Part shown: positions 1-10,042 of the stretch, in pieces
Position numbering within the stretch: the first letter of the stretch is position 1
How the letters are laid out: every line of letters starts with the position of its first letter
Origin: Myxococcales bacterium
Lineage (GTDB): Bacteria > Myxococcota_A > Polyangia > Polyangiales > DASUME01
NCBI GenBank assembly: GCA_047601445.1
Contig: JASGJH010000001.1
Location: 1,696,001-1,760,000, forward strand
Direction of reading: 5' to 3'
Length of the DNA stretch: 64,000 bases
Made by a program: the position numbers and the translations under genes
The notes under the pieces: model-generated
Told to the model about the DNA's origin: nothing
The model's database searches: none
The model's input: only the letters and a program-made list of their open reading frames with translations

Positions 1-74
1 CGCGCAGCGTGGTGGCGCGGCTGGTAGAGCGGATGCAGCGCCCGCGGCTGATCGCTTCGATTGGAGGGCCGTGA
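1..74 (+). CDS. 3' end of an upstream gene (partial, product unknown)
   Basis: Frame 3 is open from the window edge (RSVVARLVERMQRPRLIASIGGP*). Its TGA at 72-74 overlaps the next ATG (TGATG coupling). Confidence 0.5.
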   Translation, partial: RSVVARLVERMQRPRLIASIGGP

Positions 75-937
75 TGCCGTCGGTAGACACCCCGGCCGGC
101 ACGCTGTGGATCGAGCAGCGCGGCACGGGCGGCCCGTCCCTGCTGTGGTGGCCAGGTCTCTTTTGCCAGGCTTCGGTCTTCGAACAGGTCGTTCGGGAAT
201 TGCCCGGCTTTCGGCACACGCTGATCGATCCGCCAGGCCACGGTCGAAGCACGGCCTCCCGCTTCAGCCTCGACGACTGTGCCACCGCACTGCTGCAGAT
301 CGCAGACCAGAACGGCGACGAGGGCTGTCTGGTGGTCGGTCAATCGTGGGGAGCCGTGGTCGCACTCAAGGCCGCGCTGCGCGCTCCACGGCGCATCGCG
401 GGACTCGTGCTCTTGCATCCAATCGCCGAGCCCGACCCTTGGTGGGTTCGCCTCAAGAACCGCATGCTGCTGGCCATGGTCACGCTGCTCGGCATGGGGC
501 GAGTGACGCGCTCCGCCATCGCCCGTACGGTGTTCTCGCCCCAAACCCCCAGGAGCGTCGTGACCGAAGCGTTCGCAACAACCTCGGGCTGGAGCCGAAG
601 AGGCTTGGCGCGAGCCGTGCGTGCGGTCCTGCTGGAGCGGCAAGGATTTCTCTTCAGCTTGCAGCAGCTACGCTTGCCCGTGGAGATCCTGGTGGGCCGA
701 GACGACCAGGCGTTTCCGGCGCCGTTCGGACTGCGCACGGCAGCCGCAATCCGCGGTGCTCGCCATGTCGTGATCGACGGCGTCGGCCACATGTCGCCGC
801 TCGAGGATCCCTGCGCGGTGCGGCGCGCAGTGCAGCGCGCGAGCGCCCGCTGGCAGGCTAGCGCGGAGCCCCCGTGCGACTCGACCTCCGCAGCTGATCG
901 TCAGGAGGCCGCAGGCCCCAGCGCCACATCGCTATAG
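74..937 (+). CDS. Alpha/beta-fold hydrolase
   Basis: GQSWG nucleophile elbow, DPPGHGRS motif, C-terminal GVGHMSPLE catalytic His. GGAGG precedes the ATG at 74. Confidence 0.85.
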   Translation: MPSVDTPAGTLWIEQRGTGGPSLLWWPGLFCQASVFEQVVRELPGFRHTLIDPPGHGRSTASRFSLDDCATALLQIADQNGDEGCLVVGQSWGAVVALKAALRAPRRIAGLVLLHPIAEPDPWWVRLKNRMLLAMVTLLGMGRVTRSAIARTVFSPQTPRSVVTEAFATTSGWSRRGLARAVRAVLLERQGFLFSLQQLRLPVEILVGRDDQAFPAPFGLRTAAAIRGARHVVIDGVGHMSPLEDPCAVRRAVQRASARWQASAEPPCDSTSAADRQEAAGPSATSL

Positions 938-1550
938 TGTGCGGGACGCTTGCGGCGCCGCGTCCCTGGGGGCCCAGACCGCGGGACGCCCGCAACGCGG
1001 TGGACTCGAATCACGACAGGCCCGACATGCGCGGTCGCAGACTGCCCCATGTGCGACGGGCACGCCTACCCGGGGTGCCCTGGTCGCCCGTGCCTATCTC
1101 CAACTCGCCGCTGGTCACGAGCACGTTCATACCTTCATGTTCATGTCTGGACCGCACCGCGGCACGCTGACCGCCTATGCCCTCCCCCTCACGGGCGTGC
1201 TACCGATGCGCCCGGGTAGCGAGGTGCTGCGGACCCTCGGACACGACATCAGCGGCTTCCCCGAGCTGTGCGTGCACTGCCTCTACGCACCGTCGACGCT
1301 ATCATCGTACCGCGGACCAGCGGCGTCCTGACAGGCGCCAGGAGCGTTCACTGTCTGCACGAAATTCCCGCGCGCCACCGCATGCTGCACGATCCGTCGG
1401 CTACACGATCTGGTGGCCAGGCTTCTGTGACAGGAGCACCGTGAACAGGCCCACCCTGAGCGGCGGCGGCCAGGACTCGAAGGGGCAGACCGCGGGAGCC
1501 CCTGAGTAGAGCGTCCGTTCGTGGTGGCCGATGCTCGCCAGGAAAGGTCC

Positions 1551-2456
1551 TCAAGGCGAGGCCACGCGCTCCACCGTCGAGTATCGCTGCAGCCATGAGA
1601 GAAGCAGGCGGTTGACCTCCTGCGGGCGCTCCTGATGAAGAAAGTGTCCTGCGCCTCGCACACGCTCGACGCGAAGGCCTGCCGGGAAGTCGACCACACG
1701 CATCAAGTCGTCGTGGAGGCGCGTGTCCATGGCTCCATCGCACTCCCCGGTGAGCGCTAGCGTCGGCACAGGAAGCGGGGCGCTCAACACCTTGCGCATC
1801 CGCCGGTGGTTCTCCGAGAAGAACGCGAACAGCGCGCGATAGTAAGACAGGGCGGCGCGGGTAACTCCGGGCTGCGCAAAGGTCTGTTTGAGCCTGACGA
1901 GTTCGTCGGCCGGCAGCTCGTAACCTGGCGACCAGTCCCGACACAGCGTTTCCATCAGCGCGAAGTCGCGGCGAGAGAACACGTACTCCGCGATGCCACG
2001 TAGCTGGAACAGGAACATGTACCAGGACTTCAGGAGCTGGCTCGGACGCGTGGTGAGGAGCTCGCGCTCGATGCGGCCCGGGTGCGCGATGGCCAGCGTG
2101 GTCAGCGAAGCAAAGCGCTCAGGGGCGAGACCGGCGGCGACGTACGCGACGACGGCGCCCCAATCGTGCCCCACGAGGTGACAGCGCTCTTCGCGAAGTT
2201 CCTCAAGCCAGGCCAGCACGTCTTCCGCCAAGTGCAGCATGTGATAGTCGCCGTCCCTCGGTTGAGAGCTCGGCTCGTAGCCGCGCATGGTAGGCACCAC
2301 CACGCGAAAGCCGGCCGCGACGAGCGCCGGCACCTGCAGGCGAAACGAGCGGGGATTCTCGGGAAACCCGTGTAGGCAGAGCACGAGCGGCCCGCTTCCG
2401 AACTCGTGGACAGTGAACGTCAAGGCGCCACGATGGAGCTGGAACGTGCGACTCAT
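1551..2456 (-). CDS. Alpha/beta hydrolase, epoxide hydrolase-like
   Basis: HGFPE oxyanion motif, GHDWG Asp nucleophile, SWYMFLF, GAGHFLHQE. 4-nt overlap with the upstream gene. Confidence 0.9.
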   Translation of the reverse strand: MSRTFQLHRGALTFTVHEFGSGPLVLCLHGFPENPRSFRLQVPALVAAGFRVVVPTMRGYEPSSQPRDGDYHMLHLAEDVLAWLEELREERCHLVGHDWGAVVAYVAAGLAPERFASLTTLAIAHPGRIERELLTTRPSQLLKSWYMFLFQLRGIAEYVFSRRDFALMETLCRDWSPGYELPADELVRLKQTFAQPGVTRAALSYYRALFAFFSENHRRMRKVLSAPLPVPTLALTGECDGAMDTRLHDDLMRVVDFPAGLRVERVRGAGHFLHQERPQEVNRLLLSWLQRYSTVERVASP

Positions 2457-3337
2457 GGCCGCTCCTCGTTCAACTCGCGCGCGGGTCCCTGCACTGCGAC
2501 CGCGGAGCGACCCGCGGCGAGCTCGGCGTAGTAGCGGCTGCGCTCCTCCGCAAACGCGGGGATCGCCAAGTTGCGTGGCGTGTACCAGGGCAAGTAGGTT
2601 CGCAGCGTCATGGGCAGCAAGTAGAAGAAGGACTCACAGCTCCGTTGGAGCGTGCGCAGCAGACCGCCACGCGGCCGTGCACTGGTAGCGCCCGGGGCAT
2701 CTTGCGCAGCGAGCAGCGCCCAGGTCGCACGGAACACGAATCGCAGTAGATGCCACTGTGCAAATAGAGCCACGCGCACGCGATAGCCGTAGTCACCGCA
2801 TACCTGCTCGTAAACGTCGAAGGCCACGGTGCGGTGCTCCAGCTCTTCGAGCAGGTGCCATTCGATGAGCTCGCGGGGTCCCGGCCGCAAGTGCTCGAGC
2901 CACCCCCCTTCCAGGCAAAATAGCGCGAAACCCACCGTGAACGCCTCGAAACCCTCCGCATAGGCCAAGTTGAAGCGCAGCGAACGGGTCCTGGTGAAGC
3001 GCTGACAATCTGCTTCGAACTCGGCTTCGAGGCGCTCCAGCGCTGGCATCGGGGGAAGGCGAACAGCATCGTTGAAGCGCCGGTGTTGACGGTAGTGCTG
3101 GCCCTCCTGTGCACAGAACAGCCGCAGGTCCTCGGCCAGCGCCGGCGATGTGACGTACTGCTTGGCCTCCTGCATGCTGCGAATCAGGTAGGGCTCCACG
3201 TACGGGAGCATGCGCGAGATGGCGAGGAATATGCTCGAGGTCTCCGGCTCCTCACCGAAGATGACCGGATCGATTCGAGAGGTGATGGGAAGATGGAGAC
3301 GACGAACGGTGATGGGCGCCGTGACGGGGGTGTGCAT
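2453..3337 (-). CDS. Predicted metal-dependent hydrolase (Metal_hydrol family)
   Basis: QEGQHYRQH, EGFEAFT and WHLLEELEHRTVAFDVY motifs characteristic of this family. Confidence 0.85.
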   Translation of the reverse strand: MHTPVTAPITVRRLHLPITSRIDPVIFGEEPETSSIFLAISRMLPYVEPYLIRSMQEAKQYVTSPALAEDLRLFCAQEGQHYRQHRRFNDAVRLPPMPALERLEAEFEADCQRFTRTRSLRFNLAYAEGFEAFTVGFALFCLEGGWLEHLRPGPRELIEWHLLEELEHRTVAFDVYEQVCGDYGYRVRVALFAQWHLLRFVFRATWALLAAQDAPGATSARPRGGLLRTLQRSCESFFYLLPMTLRTYLPWYTPRNLAIPAFAEERSRYYAELAAGRSAVAVQGPARELNEERP

Positions 3338-3409
3338 GATGGTCTCGCGGGGGTTGACTCACCCTGGGCCTCCGCCGAAGCAGTGACAAACGATCAATCG
3401 TGAACATAG

Positions 3410-3424
3410 ATAAGACATGCTAAT
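3410..3424. promoter_or_regulatory. Candidate LysR (GcvA-type) binding box
   Basis: ATAAGACATGCTAAT: T-N11-A imperfect dyad containing CTAAT, in the AT-rich gap between the LysR gene and the divergent hydrolase operon. Confidence 0.55.
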
Positions 3425-3451
3425 TCATGTCGGTTCCCACCCCGGAGCACG

Positions 3452-4387
3452 ATGGCCACCCCAATCTCCGTTCCACTGCATTTTTTGCCTGCTTTCGAGC
3501 TCGCTGCGCAGCACTTGAGTATCCGACGTGCAGCGGAGGAACTGCACCTTACCCCCTCCGCCGTCAGCCAGCAGATCCGTGCATTGGAGGGTGCCCTTGG
3601 CTTCAGCTTGTTTCGACGCGCCACCCGTGCACTTCACCTCACGCCCCTTGGCGCAGAGTACGCCGCCGTGGTCAAGGAGACGCTCGACACCTATCGACAG
3701 GGCAGCGAGCGACTACTCAAGCAACGCGGACAACCCGCCCTGCGCCTGTCGAGTGACTCCTTCATCGCGCACGAAGTCCTGATCCCGCAGCTGCACGCAT
3801 TTCGCGAGGTCCAGCGCGGAGTCGACCTGCGCATCGAGACGAGCAACGCATTGGTCGACTTCGAGCGCGAGGGATTCGACGCTGCAGTGCGCTTCGGCCG
3901 AGGTCCCTGGCCAGGGCTCGCAAGCAGCACGCTGTGCTCGGTGCTAGCAACGCCCGTGTGCGCACCAGGCCTCCTTCCCGGAGGTCGTCTCCCCGCGCGG
4001 GGCAACTGGACGCGTTACCCGCTCATCGCCTTCCGCGACTACCCTGATCCATGGCCGGTGATGTCCAAGCTTCTGGGTGTGGTTTTGCCGCGCGAGCGAC
4101 TGGTCTTCGACAGCTACTTCGCGAGCATTCGGGCAGCCGAGAAAGGACTCGGCATCGCGATCGGCCTCTTTCCCGTCACTTCTGGCCCGGTGCTCGAAGG
4201 AAAATTGATCACGCCGCTCAACGTCCGTGTGCGCACGCACGCACGCTACCACTTCGTTTGCCGCCGCGAAGACGCGGCTCGGCCCGCCCTGGGTACCCTA
4301 CGCAAGTGGCTCAAGGAGCGCTTCGCGGCTCTGCCATTTCTGGAAAATCCGGGCAAGACCGCGGTGCGGACGATGGACGAACCTTGA
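3452..4387 (+). CDS. LysR-family transcriptional regulator (GcvA-like)
   Basis: N-terminal HTH (LSIRRAAEELHLTPSAVSQQIRALE) and substrate-binding domain (DAAVRFGRGPWPGL). Divergent from the hydrolase pair. Confidence 0.93.
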   Translation: MATPISVPLHFLPAFELAAQHLSIRRAAEELHLTPSAVSQQIRALEGALGFSLFRRATRALHLTPLGAEYAAVVKETLDTYRQGSERLLKQRGQPALRLSSDSFIAHEVLIPQLHAFREVQRGVDLRIETSNALVDFEREGFDAAVRFGRGPWPGLASSTLCSVLATPVCAPGLLPGGRLPARGNWTRYPLIAFRDYPDPWPVMSKLLGVVLPRERLVFDSYFASIRAAEKGLGIAIGLFPVTSGPVLEGKLITPLNVRVRTHARYHFVCRREDAARPALGTLRKWLKERFAALPFLENPGKTAVRTMDEP

Positions 4388-4541
4388 CCAGGGTTTGCGA
4401 GCAGAGCGGGGCCTGCTGACCCTAGCCGCCGCTGCAAGTTCCTTCTTCGGATCGGAGTCGAGCCAGAACCAGAGGAGGACGGCATTGAAAGATGCCCCGG
4501 AACGCAAGGGCCCAGTCCTGCAGGGTGAATCAGCGCACGCC

Positions 4542-5504
4542 TCAGCTTGGGCGAGTTGCCCTGCTCTGGGACACGTTCACGCTTTCGAGATCGAGGTGGT
4601 CGGAGACTTCGCGCTCGCTAGCCCGACACCGCGCAGCAGCGTGAGTGCCCTCGCTCCCTGCTTTGCAAGCCCGTCCTCCGGACAGAGCGTGCCGGCCGCC
4701 AATGGTCTGCTCCGCGCGGTCGCTGCTTGCTCGATGATCGGGCTTGGGCTGCGATGGAGGAAGGCCGAGCATCATGCGCCAGGGCGTGTTCTCGTAATCC
4801 AGGCCGAGCTGCTCATCGAGCGGGACCAGCTCGGGATCAGTGAAGGTGCCGAACGCGCGATCCCACAGCGTGAACAAGAAGGCGTAGTTGGTATTGGTAA
4901 AGCGGACGTCGGCGCTGTGATGCACGAAGTGCACGCGCGGTGTGACGAATAGCTTCTCCAGCATGCCCTGGTAGGGCAGCCGGATGTTGGAGTGGATCCA
5001 GTGCTGATTGCAGAACTGAAACAGGATCAGCGCGGTCAGCCAGGGCTCACTGGTGGGGGGAAACAAGAGTACGGCGAGGGTGTCTGGTAGCGCGGTGAGC
5101 ACGGCGTGCACGGGCGATGACCGCAGCCCCGCGAGCCACCACACGTGCTTCGAGGAGTGATGAAACGCGTGCGCATGCCAGAGCACGTTCGAATGAAGCG
5201 CGCGATGGGTCCAGTAAACCATGAAGTCGGCGCACACCAGGCTCACGGCGAGCACGAGGAGCGGGGGCCACTCCTCCACCATCGCGTACCAGCGCTCGAC
5301 CGCTGCCAAGGACGTCCACCATTCGGAAAGTGGTCCGCTCACCGCCCGGTCGTATCCGGCTCCCAACAACAGGAAGAGGACCACCGCGATCGCGTCGAGC
5401 CGAATCTCGCGCGGTCCAGACTGCCGGCGAAATGGGATCAGCTTGGACACGAGCTGATGCCCCAGACCGATGGCGAAAAACGCGGCGTGGAAAATAGGTC
5501 CCAT
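4542..5504 (-). CDS. Sterol desaturase / fatty acid hydroxylase family membrane di-iron enzyme
   Basis: His boxes HRALH, HAFHHS, HWIHSN and HFVHHS, plus NYAFLFTLWDRAFGT and hydrophobic helices. Confidence 0.88.
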   Translation of the reverse strand: MGPIFHAAFFAIGLGHQLVSKLIPFRRQSGPREIRLDAIAVVLFLLLGAGYDRAVSGPLSEWWTSLAAVERWYAMVEEWPPLLVLAVSLVCADFMVYWTHRALHSNVLWHAHAFHHSSKHVWWLAGLRSSPVHAVLTALPDTLAVLLFPPTSEPWLTALILFQFCNQHWIHSNIRLPYQGMLEKLFVTPRVHFVHHSADVRFTNTNYAFLFTLWDRAFGTFTDPELVPLDEQLGLDYENTPWRMMLGLPPSQPKPDHRASSDRAEQTIGGRHALSGGRACKAGSEGTHAAARCRASEREVSDHLDLESVNVSQSRATRPS

Positions 5505-5533
5505 GTGCGAGCACTCCGTGGAGACAGCGACTG

Positions 5534-6613
5534 CTAAGCGGCCGATGATTCAGCGGGAGAAGGTCTGGGTCGCAGGGAATGGGTGGCCTCTTGCAGGAGC
5601 CGATCGCTTGCGAGGGCGAGCACCATCACGATGCCCGTCAAGCCCAGTACGGCGAGCTCGCCGTGTTGCTGGAAGCCCACGAGTCCCATGCCCCAACAGA
5701 GCAGCACCCACTGGATCACGTACAGCTGGGTGACGCGTTCGCTGGCGCGATACAGCACGTCAGCCAACCGACTCCGCACGAAAAAGGGCGTGAGCCAATG
5801 GGCCAGGCAGAACAACATGCTCGCGCTCCCCATCGACGCGAGCATGCTGCCGAAGCCGCCGTGGAAGAAGTCGCCGTAGTGGGTGGCGGGATCGACCTGA
5901 CAAAGGACGTAGCCGACGACCGCGAGTGCGAGACCGAGTCGCAGCATCACGCGGAGCAGGCGTTCGACGTCGCACCCGGCGTGCTGGTAGAGGCGCCCCA
6001 AGAACACGCCGTAGAGAATCACCGACAGCCAAGGAAAGACGGGGAAGAACACGTTCGAGTCGGCGGCCCACATCAGGTCGCACAGGTAGTCGAGCCCCGC
6101 GATCTGCGGTCGATAGCCGCGCAGCCCGCTGCTCACCAAGGCGACCGCGAGCGACGAAGCCAGCACGAAGTACGGCCGCACCAGGAGACCCCGGAGCAGC
6201 GCCATCAAGCCAGCGGAGATCCCCGCGAGCTGCAAGACGTCTCCAGTGAGGAGCAAGTACAGGAGCCCTGCGGGTTGAATCGGCGGCACGAAGCCGTAGC
6301 TGCGAACGAATGACTCCGGCATGAACTGACCGAAGTACGGAACCAAGAAGCTGAGCAGGTTCATGACGTAACCGAGGGCAAAGAGCGTGGCGCCCCGGCG
6401 TGCCGCCTGCGTCGGCGTCTTCTCCGAGAGGGCGAACGAAAAGCCCATGGCGACAAGGAACATCGCGGCGCCCCTTCCCGCGAAGTGAATCGGCATGCCG
6501 AACGTGGCGCTCGTCTGGACGTCGGGCCGCCCATACATGAGGAGCGTGTGCACGAGCATCATCACGAAGACGCTCGCGCCGCGGCCAAAGTCGATGGCGA
6601 TCACTCGCTGCAT
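5534..6613 (-). CDS. DUF1624 / HGSNAT-like membrane acyltransferase
   Basis: N-terminal RVIAIDFGRG..MMLVH motif, FPVFPW motif, multiple TM helices. Confidence 0.8.
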   Translation of the reverse strand: MQRVIAIDFGRGASVFVMMLVHTLLMYGRPDVQTSATFGMPIHFAGRGAAMFLVAMGFSFALSEKTPTQAARRGATLFALGYVMNLLSFLVPYFGQFMPESFVRSYGFVPPIQPAGLLYLLLTGDVLQLAGISAGLMALLRGLLVRPYFVLASSLAVALVSSGLRGYRPQIAGLDYLCDLMWAADSNVFFPVFPWLSVILYGVFLGRLYQHAGCDVERLLRVMLRLGLALAVVGYVLCQVDPATHYGDFFHGGFGSMLASMGSASMLFCLAHWLTPFFVRSRLADVLYRASERVTQLYVIQWVLLCWGMGLVGFQQHGELAVLGLTGIVMVLALASDRLLQEATHSLRPRPSPAESSAA

Positions 6614-6800
6614 GAGACTGCCTCGCAGGGCGGGTTGAGCCGACTACCGGCTCATGGCCGGACCGAGGCCGACGCCTACTCACTCGTGACATTAATGAAC
6701 TCGCGAATCAACTTCATTTACCAACCGAATCGACCATCAACTGATTTTATTAATTTTATTTCCAGTCACATCCGCATCCCGTCGGCGATTCCATGTCACA

Positions 6801-6819
6801 ATTGAATTTGCATATCGAC
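6801..6819. promoter_or_regulatory. Candidate Fur-like box in an AT-rich divergent promoter
   Basis: ATTGAATTTGCATATCGAC is a partial match to a TGAnAATnATTnTCA-type dyad, inside an AT-rich island (about 6690-6825) upstream of siderophore genes. Confidence 0.35.
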
Positions 6820-6944
6820 AACAACCGTGCGAGAGATCGCACGCCTTCCGCCAACAGACCACCTCAAGGCCCGAGGACCGCGCTCCCAGTGCCTCAATGC
6901 AGCCCTCCCAGCATCGCTGGACGGGCTCCGGAGAGCTTGGACGC

Positions 6945-8594
6945 ATGGATTCGCACCACGAGACTGCAGGATCGATCCAGATCGGGTCGCTGCCCCACGA
7001 CGTCGCCAACGATCCACTCACATCGCTGCTGGCCGCGCACGGGCGCGGCGTCGAAGCGGGTACCTCCGCCCACGAACCAAGCGTCGCCCCTGTCTTGGCG
7101 GGCTCACGCGAAGGGCTGACACAGCTCGCGCGGTTGCTCGCACGGGCCACGGACACGGCCCTTTCGGCACGCAGACTGAGCGGGCCGCTGCCTCCGGGAA
7201 GTCCCGGCGAAGTTATGCGCAACGCCGCACTCGCACTAGGGCCGGCCGAGCTGCCGCGCGATGGAATCGGCGCAGAAGCCGCGCTCGAGCGCGTCACACG
7301 CTTGCTCATCGAGTACGGACTCGATTTGACGCACCCACGCGCGGTTGCGCACTTGCAGCCAGCGCCGCTGGCCGTGGCCGTGGTCGCGGATACGCTCGCG
7401 AGTCTTAGCAATGCCTCCCTCGACACCTACGACTCGGGTCCGTCGGGCATCGCCGTGGAGCGCTGGCTGATCGCGACGCTCGCCAGAATGGCGAAGCTCG
7501 GCGCATGTGCAGGCGGCGTGATGACTCCGGGCGGGTCGATGTCCAACCTCCTCGCCCTGCTGCTGGCGCGCGATGCGGCCGCACTGCGGCGCGGTGTAGA
7601 TGCCCGCCGTTCAGGCGTGAGCGCAATGTCGAAGCCGGTGGTCTTCTGCTCGGAGCTCTCGCACTTCTCCGTGCATCGTGCATGCGCCGCGTTGGGCCTC
7701 GGTGAGGACGCGGTCCGGCCCGTCCCCACGGACGACCGTCGGTGCATGCGCGTGGACGCGCTGGCGGCGCTCTTGAGCAGCCTCGACGCGTCTCACACAC
7801 CGATCGCGATCGTGGCCACCGCGGGCACGACCGACTTCGGTTCGGTCGACCCGCTGCATGCCATCGCCGAGCTCGCGCGAGCGCACCGCGTGTGGCTGCA
7901 CGTGGACGCCGCCTACGGCTTCGGGGCGCTCTTCTCGGAGCGCCTGGCCGAAAAGCTTACGGGCCTGGAGCGCGCTGACTCCATCACGCTCGACCTGCAC
8001 AAGCTCGGATGGCAGCCGGCTGCCACCAGTGTGCTCCTGGTGGCAGACACCGCGACCTTCACGGCGCTCGAACGCGAGGTGGCCTATTTGAATCCGAACG
8101 ACGACGCCGAGGCTGGTCTCGACGGCCTGCTCGGACGCAGTCTGCAGACCACCCGCCGGCCCGATGCGCTGAAGGTGGCAGCCACCTTTCTGTCGGAGGG
8201 CCAACGGGGTCTCGGCGACATGGTGGACACCTGCCACGCGCTCGCGCGCCATGCCGAAGAGCGCATTGCGGCGGAGCCCGAGCTCGAGCTGATCGCTCCC
8301 GCGGAGCTCACTACCGTGGTGTTTCGCTATCGCTGCCGACACTGGCTCGGCGACCGCGACCACTTCGAAAACCAAGTGAACGGCGCCTTGCGCCGCCGGC
8401 TCCTGGAGCGTGGCCACGCGCTGATCGGGCGCACGGAAGTCACTCCCACAAGGGCCCAGGCACGTCCGCTCGTCTGCCTCAAGTTCACCTTGCTCAATCC
8501 CACCACCAAGCCCGATGAGCTCGACGAGCTCGTGCAGACCGTTCTGCGGGCGGGCCGCGAAGCCGAGCGCCACCTGGGAGACCACCTCGCATGA
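6945..8594 (+). CDS. PLP-dependent (group II) lysine/ornithine decarboxylase, DesA/DfoJ-like
   Basis: GGSMSN, SHFSV, ATAGTTDFG, HVDAAYG, DLHK (PLP lysine), SLQTTRR. GGAGAG lies upstream of ATG 6945 (the ORF track starts at 6897). Confidence 0.9.
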   Translation: MDSHHETAGSIQIGSLPHDVANDPLTSLLAAHGRGVEAGTSAHEPSVAPVLAGSREGLTQLARLLARATDTALSARRLSGPLPPGSPGEVMRNAALALGPAELPRDGIGAEAALERVTRLLIEYGLDLTHPRAVAHLQPAPLAVAVVADTLASLSNASLDTYDSGPSGIAVERWLIATLARMAKLGACAGGVMTPGGSMSNLLALLLARDAAALRRGVDARRSGVSAMSKPVVFCSELSHFSVHRACAALGLGEDAVRPVPTDDRRCMRVDALAALLSSLDASHTPIAIVATAGTTDFGSVDPLHAIAELARAHRVWLHVDAAYGFGALFSERLAEKLTGLERADSITLDLHKLGWQPAATSVLLVADTATFTALEREVAYLNPNDDAEAGLDGLLGRSLQTTRRPDALKVAATFLSEGQRGLGDMVDTCHALARHAEERIAAEPELELIAPAELTTVVFRYRCRHWLGDRDHFENQVNGALRRRLLERGHALIGRTEVTPTRAQARPLVCLKFTLLNPTTKPDELDELVQTVLRAGREAERHLGDHLA

Positions 8595-10042
8595 CCCAAG
8601 CACGCTTCAACGGTCCCAAGGCAGACAGCCGAGTCGAAGCGGGCGGTTCGGCCCGCGAGCAAGCCTACCAGGCGGTCGCCATTGGCTGCGGCCCATTCAA
8701 CCTGGGACTCGCGGCGCTCGCGTCGACGCTACCCGAACTCGATCTCGTGGCGTTCGAGGCGCAGCCCGAGCTGCGCTGGCACCCGGGGCTGATGTTCGAA
8801 GACGCCACCTTCCAGCTCAGCTTTCTCGCCGATCTCGTCACCCTGGTGGATCCCACCCATCCACTCTCGTTCCTCGCTTACCTGCGCGACGTCGATCGGA
8901 TGTATCCGTTCTTCATCCGCGAGCGCTTCCACCCTACCCGACGCGAGTACGAGGACTACCTGCGTTGGGTGGCCGGAAAGCTGCCCAGCGTTCGCTTCGG
9001 CCACCGCGTGGAGGAGGTGCGCTGGGACCGGAGTCTTTTCCTGTTCGTGGTGCACGTCGTCGGCCCCGCCGGCCGCACGCGCGTGCTGGCAAAAGACCTC
9101 GTCATCGGCATCGGCACCGAGCCGTGCTTGCCCGAAGCGCTCACAGCTCTGCCTCGCAACCGCTGCGTGCATTCAGGGCACTACCTGCACGAACTCCCGC
9201 AGATCACCCGGGCTCGGCATCTCACGGTGGTGGGCTCGGGCCAGTCGGCCGCGGAGTGTGCGCTCGACGCGCTGCGGCGCAACCTCGATGGCGGTGCGCC
9301 CCTGTCATGGATCACGCGCACCCCCGCGTTTGCGCCGCTCGATTACACGAAGCTCGTCCTCGAAATGACCACGCCTGCCTACGTCCGCTACTTCCACGGA
9401 TTGCCGCAGGACACCAAGGACCGCCTCGTACGCGAGCAGTGGCAGCACTACAAAGGGATCTCCGTCGACACCCTCGAAGCCATCCACGACACGCTCTATC
9501 AGCGCGAGCTCAGGACAGGCCTCGAACCTGTGGAGCTACGCAGCGGAGTGGCCGTGGAAGGGGCGCGGCTCGACGGGTCGGGGGACGTGATTCTGCGCTG
9601 TCGCCACCGCGACACCAACACCACATTCGAGCACAGGACGTCTTTGGTGGTGGCGGCCACGGGATACCGTGAGCGCTCGCCGGCCTTCCTCGAACCGCTC
9701 GAGCCCCTGCTGATGCGCGACGACCTGGGCCGCTACCGGGTCCGGCTCGACTACTCGATCGAGCTCGACTCCACCATCACCGGACGCATCTTCGTGGCCA
9801 ACGCCGAGCTGCATACCCACGGCGTCGCCACGCCGGACCTCGGCATGTGCGCGTTCCGCAACGCCACCATCCTCAACACGATCACGGGACGCGAGGTGCA
9901 CCGTCTACCTCGGCGCACAGCCTTCAGCAGCTTCGCCCTGCCCGCGCCCGAGCCGGTGCGTGAGCGAGAGCAAGCCGTGCGGCGCCAGGGTGCCGCCGTG
10001 GTCGGCCACGCCGGGCTCGACTTACCACAGCTGGAGCGTTGA
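8591..10042 (+). CDS. Lysine/diamine N-hydroxylase (IucD/DesB/AlcA family flavin monooxygenase)
   Basis: IGCGPFNLGLA FAD motif, WHPGL, VGSGQSAAE NADPH motif, AATGY, HTHG..TPDLG. ATGA overlap with the decarboxylase. Confidence 0.93.
   Translation: MTQARFNGPKADSRVEAGGSAREQAYQAVAIGCGPFNLGLAALASTLPELDLVAFEAQPELRWHPGLMFEDATFQLSFLADLVTLVDPTHPLSFLAYLRDVDRMYPFFIRERFHPTRREYEDYLRWVAGKLPSVRFGHRVEEVRWDRSLFLFVVHVVGPAGRTRVLAKDLVIGIGTEPCLPEALTALPRNRCVHSGHYLHELPQITRARHLTVVGSGQSAAECALDALRRNLDGGAPLSWITRTPAFAPLDYTKLVLEMTTPAYVRYFHGLPQDTKDRLVREQWQHYKGISVDTLEAIHDTLYQRELRTGLEPVELRSGVAVEGARLDGSGDVILRCRHRDTNTTFEHRTSLVVAATGYRERSPAFLEPLEPLLMRDDLGRYRVRLDYSIELDSTITGRIFVANAELHTHGVATPDLGMCAFRNATILNTITGREVHRLPRRTAFSSFALPAPEPVREREQAVRRQGAAVVGHAGLDLPQLER

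Noticed and set aside
939..1509. Short ORFs with CAVADCPMCDG and LGHDISG, reminiscent of a Zn-dependent dehydrogenase
   Set aside because: The motifs lie in different frames and in the wrong order, so no coherent gene can be supported. Possibly decayed sequence.
6765..6820. ECF41-type promoter (TGTCACA...CGTC)
   Set aside because: GTCACA is present twice, but neither copy has CGTC at the expected spacing.
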